Positions 49,136 through 58,494 of a stretch of DNA of 64,000 bases are shown piece by piece. Within the stretch, counting starts at the first letter, position 1. Each line of letters opens with the position of its first letter. A program made the translations under genes and the position numbers. Source of the stretch: Thermoanaerobaculia bacterium (lineage in GTDB: Bacteria > Acidobacteriota > Thermoanaerobaculia > Thermoanaerobaculales > Sulfomarinibacteraceae); NCBI GenBank assembly GCA_027067575.1, contig JAMOVQ010000141.1:26731-90730 (forward strand). The letters run 5' to 3'. Under the pieces are notes generated by a model. It was not told the DNA's origin. It searched no databases and saw nothing but the letters and a program-made list of their open reading frames with translations.

Positions 49136-50221
49136 GTGAAGATCGCTCTGGCCAACGGTCTGCTTGTCACCGCAGCGGCCGCGTGGGCCGTCGCGCTCCG
49201 CCGCGGGACGGTGCGGTGGCGCCGGGCGGGCATTCATCTGGCGATCCTGGGTTACGTGGCCGCCTCGCTGGGCGCCGTGGTCTTTTCCCAAGCCCCGCGG
49301 ATCAGCTTCATGGAGCTCGGAGACCTGGCCACGCTCCTCCTCGTACCGATGACCGTCTCACTCCTGACGCCCGCCCGGTGGGACCGGCTCCTCCGGTTCC
49401 TCGCCGGCGTCGCGGCCGCCTCGTCCCTGGTCGGTCTCTGGCAGTACGTTCACGGCGCGTCCGATCTCCAGCATCGGCTCCGGGGACTGACGACCCACTA
49501 CATGACGTTCGGGGGGTGGACGCTGATCGTCACGCTGCTGCTGGTGGCGGACATGGCGTTTTCCAGGCAGCGTCGACGTCTCCTGTGGACCGTACCCATC
49601 GCGGTCGTCTGTAGCGCCGCGCTCCTCCTTTCCTACACCCGCAACGCGTGGGTCGGACTGGCCGTGGGCCTCCTCCTCGTCGCGGCGGTGTGGAGACCCC
49701 GGGCGTTTCTCCTCTATCCGTTCCTCGCCGTGCTACTCCTGACGCTGCTTCCAAGGCCGGTCATCGACCGGCTCGTCTCCATCGTGGACCTCCGGCAGCC
49801 ATCGAACTACGACCGGCTGTGCATGCTGGTGTCGGCGGAGCAGATGGTTCAGGACCACCCGCTGTTCGGCGTGGGCCTCGGGATGGTCAAACGCCGCTAC
49901 CCGGTCTACCGTCGGGACGACGCGCCCCGGTGGAGCGTGCCGCACCTCCACAACAACGTGCTCCAGATCGCGGCCGAACGTGGTCTTTTCGGGCTCACCG
50001 CCTACGCCTGGATCCTCCTGACGTTCTTCCGGCACACCTGGCGCGCACTCCGCCGGGCAGGGCCGGACACCTTCCCAGCGCTGGCGGGTTGTTTCCTCGC
50101 GGTGGCCGGGATCACTGTGGCGGGCCTTTTCGAGTACAACTGGGGGGATGCCGAGGTGTGGATCCTGACCCTGACCTGCCTTGCGGTGCCGTTCGCCCTC
50201 CACCCCGGGGAGGCGGCGTGA
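49136..50221 (+). CDS. O-antigen ligase / polymerase family (Wzy_C) membrane protein
   Basis: ORF 48989..50221 with GTG at 49136 (or 49124). About 10 TM segments. LLLSYTRNAWVGLAVGLLL and a periplasmic loop with HLHNNVLQIAAERG are typical of the family. Confidence 0.7.
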   Translation: MKIALANGLLVTAAAAWAVALRRGTVRWRRAGIHLAILGYVAASLGAVVFSQAPRISFMELGDLATLLLVPMTVSLLTPARWDRLLRFLAGVAAASSLVGLWQYVHGASDLQHRLRGLTTHYMTFGGWTLIVTLLLVADMAFSRQRRRLLWTVPIAVVCSAALLLSYTRNAWVGLAVGLLLVAAVWRPRAFLLYPFLAVLLLTLLPRPVIDRLVSIVDLRQPSNYDRLCMLVSAEQMVQDHPLFGVGLGMVKRRYPVYRRDDAPRWSVPHLHNNVLQIAAERGLFGLTAYAWILLTFFRHTWRALRRAGPDTFPALAGCFLAVAGITVAGLFEYNWGDAEVWILTLTCLAVPFALHPGEAA

Positions 50222-51633
50222 GCCGGAAAGTGTACTCCGTCGCCGAGCTGATCGGCGAGGTCAACGCCGTCCTGTCGGGACGGTTCGCCGGGATCTGGGT
50301 CGAGGGGGAGGTGACCAACGCCAAGGCCTCGGCACGGGGACACCTCTACTTCACACTCAAGGACGCGGAGGCCGCCATGGACTGCGTCATGTGGTCCTCC
50401 CGCGCCGCCCGCGTCCCGTTCACGGTGGAGGACGGCTTGGCCGTGCTCGCCTTCGGCTCCCTGACGGTCTACGCCCAGCGGGGACGGTTCCAGATGGTGG
50501 TGGACGAGCTCCAGCCCCAGGGGCAGGGCGCGCTCCAGCTGGCGTTCGAGCAGCTCAAGAAGAAGCTGGCGGCCGAGGGCCTGTTCGAGGAGGCCCGCAA
50601 GCGTCCCCTGCCGGGGCTGCCCCAGCGGGTCGGGATCGTCACGTCGGCCCAGGGAGCGGCGCTCCGGGACATGCTCAAGGTGCTCCTCCGGTTCCCGTGG
50701 CTGCACGTCGTGGTGGCACCCGCCGCGGTGCAGGGTGAGGGCGCGGCGGCGCAAATCGCCGCGGCGATCCGGCGCCTCGGTGGATCGGAGCTCGTCGACG
50801 TGCTGATCGTCGGGCGGGGCGGCGGTTCCCTGGAGGACCTGTGGGCGTTCAACGAAGAGCCGGTGGCCCGGGCCATTGCGGACTGCCCCGTTCCCGTGGT
50901 CTCCGGGGTCGGGCACCAGGTGGACTTCACCATCGCCGACTTCGTGGCGGACGTCCGCGCGGCGACGCCGACCCACGCGGCGGAGATCGTGGTGGCCCGG
51001 CTCGAGGAACAGGTCCGCCGTCTCGACGACGCCCGGGGACGGCTTCTCCGGGCCCTCGACCGGAAGCTGACGGTGGCCCGCCACCGGCTGGAGGCGGCCG
51101 AGGGGTCGTCGGGCCTGGCGCGCCTTCCCCAGCGGGTCCGGTGGCTCGCCGAGCGCCTGGCCCGCGTGGAACGGCTCGCGCCGCTCCTCCAGCGCAAGCT
51201 GGAGCAGTCGGTGGCGCGTCTGGACCGGGCCGCGGCGGCGCTCCGGAGGGTTCCGGCCCGCCTGGCGGCGGGAGCCCAGCGGCGGCTCGTGGCCAGCCGC
51301 AGGGAGCAGCTCGAGGCGGCCATGCGCCGCCTCATCGAGCGGGCCGCGGCGCGGCTCGGAAGCGGCGAGGCGGCCCTGGGGCACCTGAGCCCGAAGGCGG
51401 TCCTGGAGCGGGGGTACTCCATCACCTCCATCGAGGGCGACCCCCGCCCCCTCCGTGATCCGGCCCGCGTGCGGCCCGGGACGGTGCTCGAGACGGTGCT
51501 CGCCCGCGGACGGCTCCGTTCCGTGGCCGCGGGGAGGCGGGAGGGCGCCGGGGGAGGTCCTGCGCCGAAGACGTCCGGTGTTCAGCCGGGGTTGTTCGCA
51601 CCCCCGGTGACCGATGGCGAGGAGGGTTCGTGA
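50218..51633 (+). CDS. xseA: exodeoxyribonuclease VII large subunit
   Basis: In-frame GTG at 50218 (GTGA with the upstream stop). YSVAELIGEVNAVL, EGEVTNAKASARGHLYFTLKD, VGRGGGSLEDLWAFNEE. Confidence 0.92.
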   Translation: MSRKVYSVAELIGEVNAVLSGRFAGIWVEGEVTNAKASARGHLYFTLKDAEAAMDCVMWSSRAARVPFTVEDGLAVLAFGSLTVYAQRGRFQMVVDELQPQGQGALQLAFEQLKKKLAAEGLFEEARKRPLPGLPQRVGIVTSAQGAALRDMLKVLLRFPWLHVVVAPAAVQGEGAAAQIAAAIRRLGGSELVDVLIVGRGGGSLEDLWAFNEEPVARAIADCPVPVVSGVGHQVDFTIADFVADVRAATPTHAAEIVVARLEEQVRRLDDARGRLLRALDRKLTVARHRLEAAEGSSGLARLPQRVRWLAERLARVERLAPLLQRKLEQSVARLDRAAAALRRVPARLAAGAQRRLVASRREQLEAAMRRLIERAAARLGSGEAALGHLSPKAVLERGYSITSIEGDPRPLRDPARVRPGTVLETVLARGRLRSVAAGRREGAGGGPAPKTSGVQPGLFAPPVTDGEEGS

Positions 51634-51881
51634 TGAACGATCAGGCTCGGAACGGGGAACGGTTCGAGGACCAGCTCGACCGGCTGGAGGCCATCGTGGC
51701 CCGGCTCGAGGACGACAGCGTCGGGCTCGAGGAGGCCCTGGGCCTGTTCGAGCAGGGGATGGCCCTGGCGAAGAGCTGCCGGGCCCGGCTGGAGGCCGTG
51801 CAGCAGCGCGTCGAGCAGCTCCTGGCCGAGGAGGACGGGGAGGGCCCCCGGACCGGGCCGCTCGAGGTGGAGATCGAGTGA
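51630..51881 (+). CDS. xseB: exodeoxyribonuclease VII small subunit
   Basis: ORF 51630..51881. FEDQLDRLEAIVARLEDDSVGLEEALGLFEQGMAL. Start at GTG 51630 or ATG 51633. Confidence 0.9.
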   Translation: MMNDQARNGERFEDQLDRLEAIVARLEDDSVGLEEALGLFEQGMALAKSCRARLEAVQQRVEQLLAEEDGEGPRTGPLEVEIE

Positions 51882-52777
51882 TGGACGTCCGGGCTGTGCT
51901 CGAGCGGGAACGCGAGGCCGTGGAGGCCGGCCTGAGGCGGGTACTCCCGCCCGAGGGCGCCTGGCCCGAGCGGCTGACCGGGGCGATGCGGTACGCCGTG
52001 CTCGGCGGCGGCAAGCGGATCCGGCCGATCCTGGCGCGGCTGGCGTGCGCCGCGCTGGGGGGCGATCCCGACGCGGTGACCGACGCCGCCTGCGGGATCG
52101 AGCTGATCCACACCTACTCCCTCGTCCACGACGACCTGCCGGCCATGGACGACGACGACCTGCGGCGGGGCCGGCCGACGGTCCACGTGGTCTACGGGGA
52201 AGCCATGGCGATCCTCGTGGGCGACGCGCTTCTGACCGAGGGGCTGCGGATCCTGGCGGTCCATCCGCACGGGGAGGCGTGGGCAGCCCGCCGCGCCGAG
52301 GTGGTGGCACTCGTCGCCGGTGCCGCCGGCGCCTCGGGCATGGTCGGAGGCCAGGTGGAGGACCTGGAGGCCACCGGCGCCGTGGACGACGGCGCCCACG
52401 CCGCACGGCTCGACCGGATCCACGCCCACAAGACGGGGTGCCTGATCCGGGCCTCGCTGGAGGCGGGCGCCGTCTGGGCCGGGGCCGGACGGGAGATCCG
52501 GGAGCGGCTCGCGGCGTGGGGCCGGGGGCTGGGGCTCCTGTTCCAGATCGCCGACGACATCCTCGACGCCACGGCGACGGCCGAGGAGCTCGGTAAGTCG
52601 CCGGGCAAGGACGAGGCCGCCGGCAAGCTGACCTACGTCACCGTGTACGGCCTGGAGGTGGCCCGGCAGCGGATGGACGAACTCGAGCACAGACTCGTCG
52701 AGGAGGCGGCCGCTCTGGAGGGTTGCAACGGGACCCTCGCGGCGCTGGCCTCCTGGGTGGCCAGCCGCCGCAGCTGA
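51881..52777 (+). CDS. ispA: (2E,6E)-farnesyl diphosphate synthase / polyprenyl synthetase
   Basis: In-frame ATG at 51881 (1-nt overlap with the xseB stop). First Asp-rich motif LVHDDLPAMDDDDLRRG and second motif FQIADDILD. Confidence 0.9.
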   Translation: MDVRAVLEREREAVEAGLRRVLPPEGAWPERLTGAMRYAVLGGGKRIRPILARLACAALGGDPDAVTDAACGIELIHTYSLVHDDLPAMDDDDLRRGRPTVHVVYGEAMAILVGDALLTEGLRILAVHPHGEAWAARRAEVVALVAGAAGASGMVGGQVEDLEATGAVDDGAHAARLDRIHAHKTGCLIRASLEAGAVWAGAGREIRERLAAWGRGLGLLFQIADDILDATATAEELGKSPGKDEAAGKLTYVTVYGLEVARQRMDELEHRLVEEAAALEGCNGTLAALASWVASRRS

Positions 52778-52851
52778 CAGGGGCCACGTCGGCGGATCCT
52801 GGATCGGAGCGGCACCGGACGGGGAATCCGGCGGCCGGAAGACCGAAGGGG

Positions 52852-54812
52852 TCAGCCTGCTCCGGGAGGATCTGCAACGCTTCCCACGCGATCCGGCACC
52901 GTCGCGGTTCGGGGAACGTCCCGTCCTGACGCCTTCCACGGACCGAGCGCCCGGTACCCGGCCGCCAGGAAGATCACGCGCCGGACGTATCCGTACGTCT
53001 CCAGAACCGGGATCGCCTCGACGAGCCGTTCGGGATCCCCGTGCAGACGGCTCCACCGCCGGATCCTCGCCGGCCCTCCGTTGTACGCCGCCAGCGCCAA
53101 CTCGAGCGAGCCGAGGTTCCCCCGGAGCCGGGCGAGCTCCATCGCGCCCAGTCGGAGGTTCATTGCGGGATCCTCGAGGTTCGTGACGGTGAGCCCGAGG
53201 CTCCGCGCCAGCTCCCGCGCCGTTCCCGGGAGGAGCTGGAGCAGCCCCCGCGCCCCTCTCGGGCTCCGGGCCGAGGCGATCCAGAGGCTCTCTTGCCGGA
53301 CCTGCCCGGCGAGCAGCCACGGGGGGAGGGAGGCGGCCCGGGCCGCGGCCTCGAGCTCCCTCCGCCACCGCAGTGGCAGGTACAGCTCCAGCGCGTCACG
53401 GGGCACACGGTCGAGACGGCCCTCCCGCACGGCGGGGAAGGCGAGACGGATCGCCCGGACGGCGCGATCCGGCCTGCGCTCCGCCTCCATCGCCGCCAGC
53501 GCCAGGGCTTCCCGCGGCTCGAGCCCCCGAACCCCGGCCCGCCACCACCACACTTCCCGGGCCAGGTCGCGCCGCCCCGCGGCGAGCCACCGGCCCACGG
53601 CGGCCGGTGGCGAGGACGCTCCGAGCGGCGGAAGTGTCTCGAACCGGGGCGGAGGCAAACCGAGCCGGCGCGCAGCCCAGACGGCGTACAGGTCCGCCAC
53701 GGGACCCGCCGCGAGCCGCCGCAACGCCGTCCGGTCGTTCGTGGACCGTGCGAGCCAGTAGGCGAGGCAGCGGCGGTGGGCCGGCAGCTCGGCCTCCAGC
53801 GCCCGCACCGGACCCGATGCGCGGGACAGCGCCAGGGCCACGCCGAGCCGCCGGCCGAGCCATTCCCGGCGTTTCCCATGCCACCCTGCTGCGGCGAGGC
53901 GGCGCCACGCCTCCCATGCCTCCGCCAGCCGGCTGGTCTCCGTGGCGCATTCGAGCACGATCTCCAGTGCTCCCTCCCGCTCCGCCTCCCCCGGCACAGC
54001 CTGGCGGGCATCGGCAAGCGCCCGGTCGAACGCCCTTCCGGCGCCCGGTCCCGGATACCGTCCCCATCCCCTGGCCCGCCACGCCCGGGCTCGGAGCAGC
54101 GCGGCGGCCGGCCCGGGCAACCGGCCCAGAGTCTGAAGGGTCTCCCCCGGGCGCCGGGCCGCGAGCGCAGCGCGGGCCATGGCCAGCCGGCGGGATGCAG
54201 CCAGCCGCTTCGGATACCGGCCGGACCGCAGCTCCGCCAACGCCTGACGGGGGCGTCCAGCCCGCACGAGGCGGTCCGCCCGCCGGATCCGCTCGCCCGC
54301 GGGGAGTGTCTCCACCACCCGCCGTTCGATCCGACGACCGAGCCCGCGGAGCGCCGCCGGATCGTGGACGGCGAGCCACCGGAGGACGCCGTCGCGCCCG
54401 GCCTCCGGAACGATCTCCGCGAGCTCGAGGGCGGCCGCGGCGTCCCCCTCTTCCATCGCCGTCCGGAGGACCGCCGCCGCCTCCTCCCGCCGTCCCCTCG
54501 CGAGGAGCGCCCGGGCGAGACCGAGCCGTGCGCGGCTCCGGAGCGCTCCGGCGGGCGCCGCCTCGAGCAGCCGGCTCCACCGCTCGGGGGATGCGCCCGC
54601 CCCCTCCAGTGCGTCGGCGAGCAGCCGGAGCCGCAGCCATTCCTCACCGGGCGCCGGCGCCGTCGCCTCCAGGGCATCGGCAGCCGCCACAGGATCGGCG
54701 AGAACCCGTCCCGCGAGCCCGGAGGCCGGGGCAGGCAGGCCGGACGTACCGCCTCCACAGCCAGCGGCGGCCACGAGGGCCGCCGCGATCAGACCATGAA
54801 CGGAGGCGCGGA

Positions 54813-54816
<4 letters not shown>
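52852..54816 (-). CDS. lipoprotein lytic transglycosylase (Slt70-like: superhelical N-terminal region plus SLT domain)
   Basis: ORF 52852..54816 (GTG start, GTGA with the upstream stop). Lipobox LVAAAGC. C-terminal SLT motifs VRQESLW, GARGLLQLLPGTA, AAYNGGP. Confidence 0.8.
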
Positions 54817-56210
<1,394 letters not shown>

Positions 56211-56284
56211 GATGCCTCCCGCGGTCACTCGCGGCATTATCGCCATCCCGGACGCCCGTCGTCAAGGAAACCCGTGTGAATCCG

Positions 56285-56313
56285 TTGTCCGAAAGGAGGA
56301 TTTTTGCTACGGT
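56285..56313 (+). promoter_or_regulatory. candidate promoter for the lipoprotein gene
   Basis: TTGTCC, a 17-nt spacer, then TACGGT. GGAGGAGG follows 4 nt before the ATG at 56336. Confidence 0.3.
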
Positions 56314-56335
56314 GACACGGAACGGAGGAGGTACC

Positions 56336-57124
56336 ATGAAGCATCGCACCGTTTCCTCGCTCGTCGTGTTCGTCACACTGTCAGTCTTTCTGGTGGCCTG
56401 TGGCCCATCGAAGGAGGAGAAGGAGCTCGCCGCGAAGAAGGCCCAGCTCGACCAGCAGATCGGGGTGATCGAGCAGAGCTGGAACGCGCTCAAGGAGCTG
56501 CGTTCCCAGCTCGAGGCGAAGCAGGCGGAGCTCGCGGCGATCCAGACAACGCCGAAGCGGAAGCTGACCCCCGAGCAGAAGCAGGCATTGGAGACGCTCC
56601 CCGAGGAGATCGCCCAGCTCCGGCAGAAGATCGACTCGGACTACGAGACGCTCCAGGACAAGCTCGCGGACTTCCTGAACGTGGCGCTCAACGACTTCCC
56701 CGACGATCCGGCCACGGACAAGGCGCTGAAGATCTACTCGGAGGAGGCTCTGGTCACCGCGGCTGAGCACGTCCGGAAGGCGGGCGACTACAAGAAGGCG
56801 ATCGAGATCCTCTCCACGGCGAAGAACTACTACGAGAACCTCGACAAGACACCCTATTCGAAACTCTCCGAGGCCATCGGCCGCTACGAGGAGATGCGCT
56901 ACATCACGAAGGAGCGGTTCGACGCCGTCAAGAAGGGGATGACGATCGACAAGGTCTCCGAGGTCGTCGGACCGGCGTACTACGGCAACCGTCGCGAGGA
57001 GAAGGGCGCCATTATGTGGCTGTATCCACGGCGCGACGGCGGGGCGGCTGCGATCTACTTCCGGAAGAAGACCGGGAAGGTCTACGCCAAGAAGTGGGAC
57101 GCCGTGAAGCCTCAGGTCAAGTGA
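56336..57124 (+). CDS. lipoprotein with coiled-coil N-terminal half and compact C-terminal domain (possibly BamE/SmpA-OmlA-like)
   Basis: In-frame ATG at 56336 in ORF 56276..57124. Signal peptide plus lipobox FLVAC. Lys/Glu-rich and visibly less GC-rich than its neighbours. C-terminus is GMTIDKVSEVVGPAYY...IMWLYPRRDGG..AIYFRKKTGKVY. Confidence 0.7.
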   Translation: MKHRTVSSLVVFVTLSVFLVACGPSKEEKELAAKKAQLDQQIGVIEQSWNALKELRSQLEAKQAELAAIQTTPKRKLTPEQKQALETLPEEIAQLRQKIDSDYETLQDKLADFLNVALNDFPDDPATDKALKIYSEEALVTAAEHVRKAGDYKKAIEILSTAKNYYENLDKTPYSKLSEAIGRYEEMRYITKERFDAVKKGMTIDKVSEVVGPAYYGNRREEKGAIMWLYPRRDGGAAAIYFRKKTGKVYAKKWDAVKPQVK

Positions 57125-57149
57125 TTCGGCGGTCCGTCCGGTCATCACG

Positions 57150-57175
57150 GGGGGGCGGCGCGCTGCGCCGCCCCC
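57150..57175 (+). terminator. GC hairpin downstream of the lipoprotein gene
   Basis: GGGGGCGGCGCGCTGCGCCGCCCCC (GGGGCGGCGC paired with GCGCCGCCCC), followed by TTGCC. Confidence 0.45.
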
Positions 57176-57234
57176 TTGCCGTACCGCTTGGCTCTTCCCC
57201 TGTTTCGGCATACATTGGATGCCGGAGGTGCGGC

Positions 57235-57693
57235 ATGAACGGGTGCGGGAAACGGACCGCGGCGCGACGGGCGATCCTCCTTGCAGCGGTGGTGGCGACG
57301 GCCTTCGCAGCACCGGGCGTCGCCGGGGACCGGTTTGCCCTGGCCATCGGCGCCGCGGTGGACGCCGGCCTCTCGCCCGCTGCCGAGCAGCGGCTCGCGA
57401 TCTGGAACTCGCCGATGGGCCGTCTCGCCGCGGCCGTCAACGACGCCCAGTCCACGCTGGGCATGTCCGGTCTAGTCGGCCATCCCTACGGCGTCGCGAT
57501 CTCCATGGGGTTCCGGCCGCGCCTGCGCCCGGAGCTGATCTCCCATGCGGTTCGCTCCGGGTTCCAGCTCTCCTCCAGGGAGCTGGAACCCATCCACTGG
57601 CCCTGGGGAAAACCCGCCGACGACGGCCAACCTGCTCTCACCCTCGAGGAGCAGCTCTCGATCCTTCTCGGCCGCAGGCTGGAGCTCCGTTAG
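57235..57693 (+). CDS. exported hypothetical protein
   Basis: In-frame ATG at 57235 in ORF 57016..57693 after GGAGGTG. Signal-like N-terminus RRAILLAAVVATAFAAPGVAG. No motif recognised. Confidence 0.5.
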   Translation: MNGCGKRTAARRAILLAAVVATAFAAPGVAGDRFALAIGAAVDAGLSPAAEQRLAIWNSPMGRLAAAVNDAQSTLGMSGLVGHPYGVAISMGFRPRLRPELISHAVRSGFQLSSRELEPIHWPWGKPADDGQPALTLEEQLSILLGRRLELR

Positions 57694-57703
57694 ACGTCCG
57701 GAA

Positions 57704-57976
57704 TCAGAGCTGTTCCTTGAGCCCCTTGGCGGGCTTGAAACGGACGGTCTTCGAGGCGGCGATGGTGATCGGCTCTCCCGTTGCGGGGTTCCGGCCCTGG
57801 CGGGCGGCCCGTTCGGAGACGAAGAAGCTGCCGAACCCGGGAACGCTCACCTGCTCGCCCTCGGCGAGCGCCTCGGCCATCAGCTCGAAGATCGTCTCGT
57901 AAACGAGGGCGACCCGGGTCCGTGGGTACCCCGTCAGCTCGGCCACACGCTCCACGATATCGCCTTTTCCTACCAT
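57704..57976 (-). CDS. hup: HU family nucleoid-associated DNA-binding protein
   Basis: ORF 57704..57976. GFGSFFVSERAARQGRNPATGEPITIAASKTVRFKP is the canonical HU/IHF arm. Confidence 0.93.
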   Translation of the reverse strand: MVGKGDIVERVAELTGYPRTRVALVYETIFELMAEALAEGEQVSVPGFGSFFVSERAARQGRNPATGEPITIAASKTVRFKPAKGLKEQL

Positions 57977-58005
57977 CCGTTCCTCCCGCCTCTATGAACG
58001 GCCCA

Positions 58006-58034
58006 ACGCTACAGCGCCCCCCCGGGGCGGTCAA
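58006..58034 (-). promoter_or_regulatory. candidate promoter of hup
   Basis: The minus strand reads TTGACC (58034-58029), a 17-nt spacer, then TAGCGT (58011-58006). It lies about 30 nt upstream of the ATG at 57976 with GGGAGGAA in between. Confidence 0.35.
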
Positions 58035-58187
58035 CCCCCGGCCATGCATTCGACCCGGTCCAGGATCCTTTCAGCGTCCGGCGGCGCGGTTCCCCGGCAG
58101 CGAGGCCGCCGTGCTGCCGGCACATGGTGTACCGCCGTGGCGATCCCTCACGGCGAGGCGCCCTCCCCGGCCGTGAAAGACCGGCAG

Positions 58188-58292
58188 GGCGGGAGGCGGA
58201 GGTCAGGGCTGCCAGCTCGACCGACGAACGGCCGAGGCGGACCTGGCGGTCCGTCGCAGGCCGTGAGGAGGGAAGAGCAAGGCCCCGGCTCC
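58188..58292. repeat. structured direct repeat, copy 1 (candidate ncRNA or regulatory element; strand unknown)
   Basis: GGCGGGAGGCGGAGGTCAGGGCTGCCAGCTCGACCGACGAACGGCCGAGGCGGACCTGGCGGTCCGTCGCAGGCCGTGAGGAGGGAAGAGCAAGGCCC... It recurs 162 nt downstream with about 4 substitutions and no indels. Confidence 0.85.
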
Positions 58293-58349
58293 CATCATGT
58301 CCCGGAGCAGGCCCGGGACCCGGGGCGTTCCGCGGTGGTCGTCGCGAGC

Positions 58350-58454
58350 GGCGGGAGGCGGAGGTCAGGGCTGCCAGCTCGACCGACGAACGGCCGAGGC
58401 GGACCTGATGGTCCGTCGCAGGCCGTGAGGAGGGAAGAGCAAGGCCCTGGGCCC
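58350..58454. repeat. structured direct repeat, copy 2
   Basis: The same sequence as copy 1. The differences include TGGC to TGAT in the loop of the GGCGGACC/GGTCCGTC hairpin (58406-58409). Confidence 0.85.
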
Positions 58455-58494
58455 GCATCCCGCCGCGCAGCAGACCACCGCGGAACGCCCCGGG

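Noticed and set aside
58188-58454. Whether the two repeats are a CRISPR array or a known riboswitch. I compared them with guanidine-II ACGR hairpins, guanidine-III, ZTP, the glycine tandem riboswitch and the SRP RNA helix 8 motif AGGUCAGG...GGAAGCAGC.
   Set aside because: There are only two copies, each about 105 nt with a 57-nt spacer, and no cas genes. The loops and junction sequences do not fit the consensus features I remember for those RNA classes. The short AGGUCAGG match to SRP RNA is not in the right structural context.
58009-58458. A 149-aa ORF (and its plus-strand counterparts 58044..58736 and 58124..58408) covering the tandem repeats, which would give a protein with a duplicated peptide.
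   Set aside because: The reading frames exist only because the repeat is duplicated. The composition is Arg/Pro/Ser-rich, there is no RBS, and one copy's loop substitution creates the stop. A non-coding interpretation is more parsimonious.
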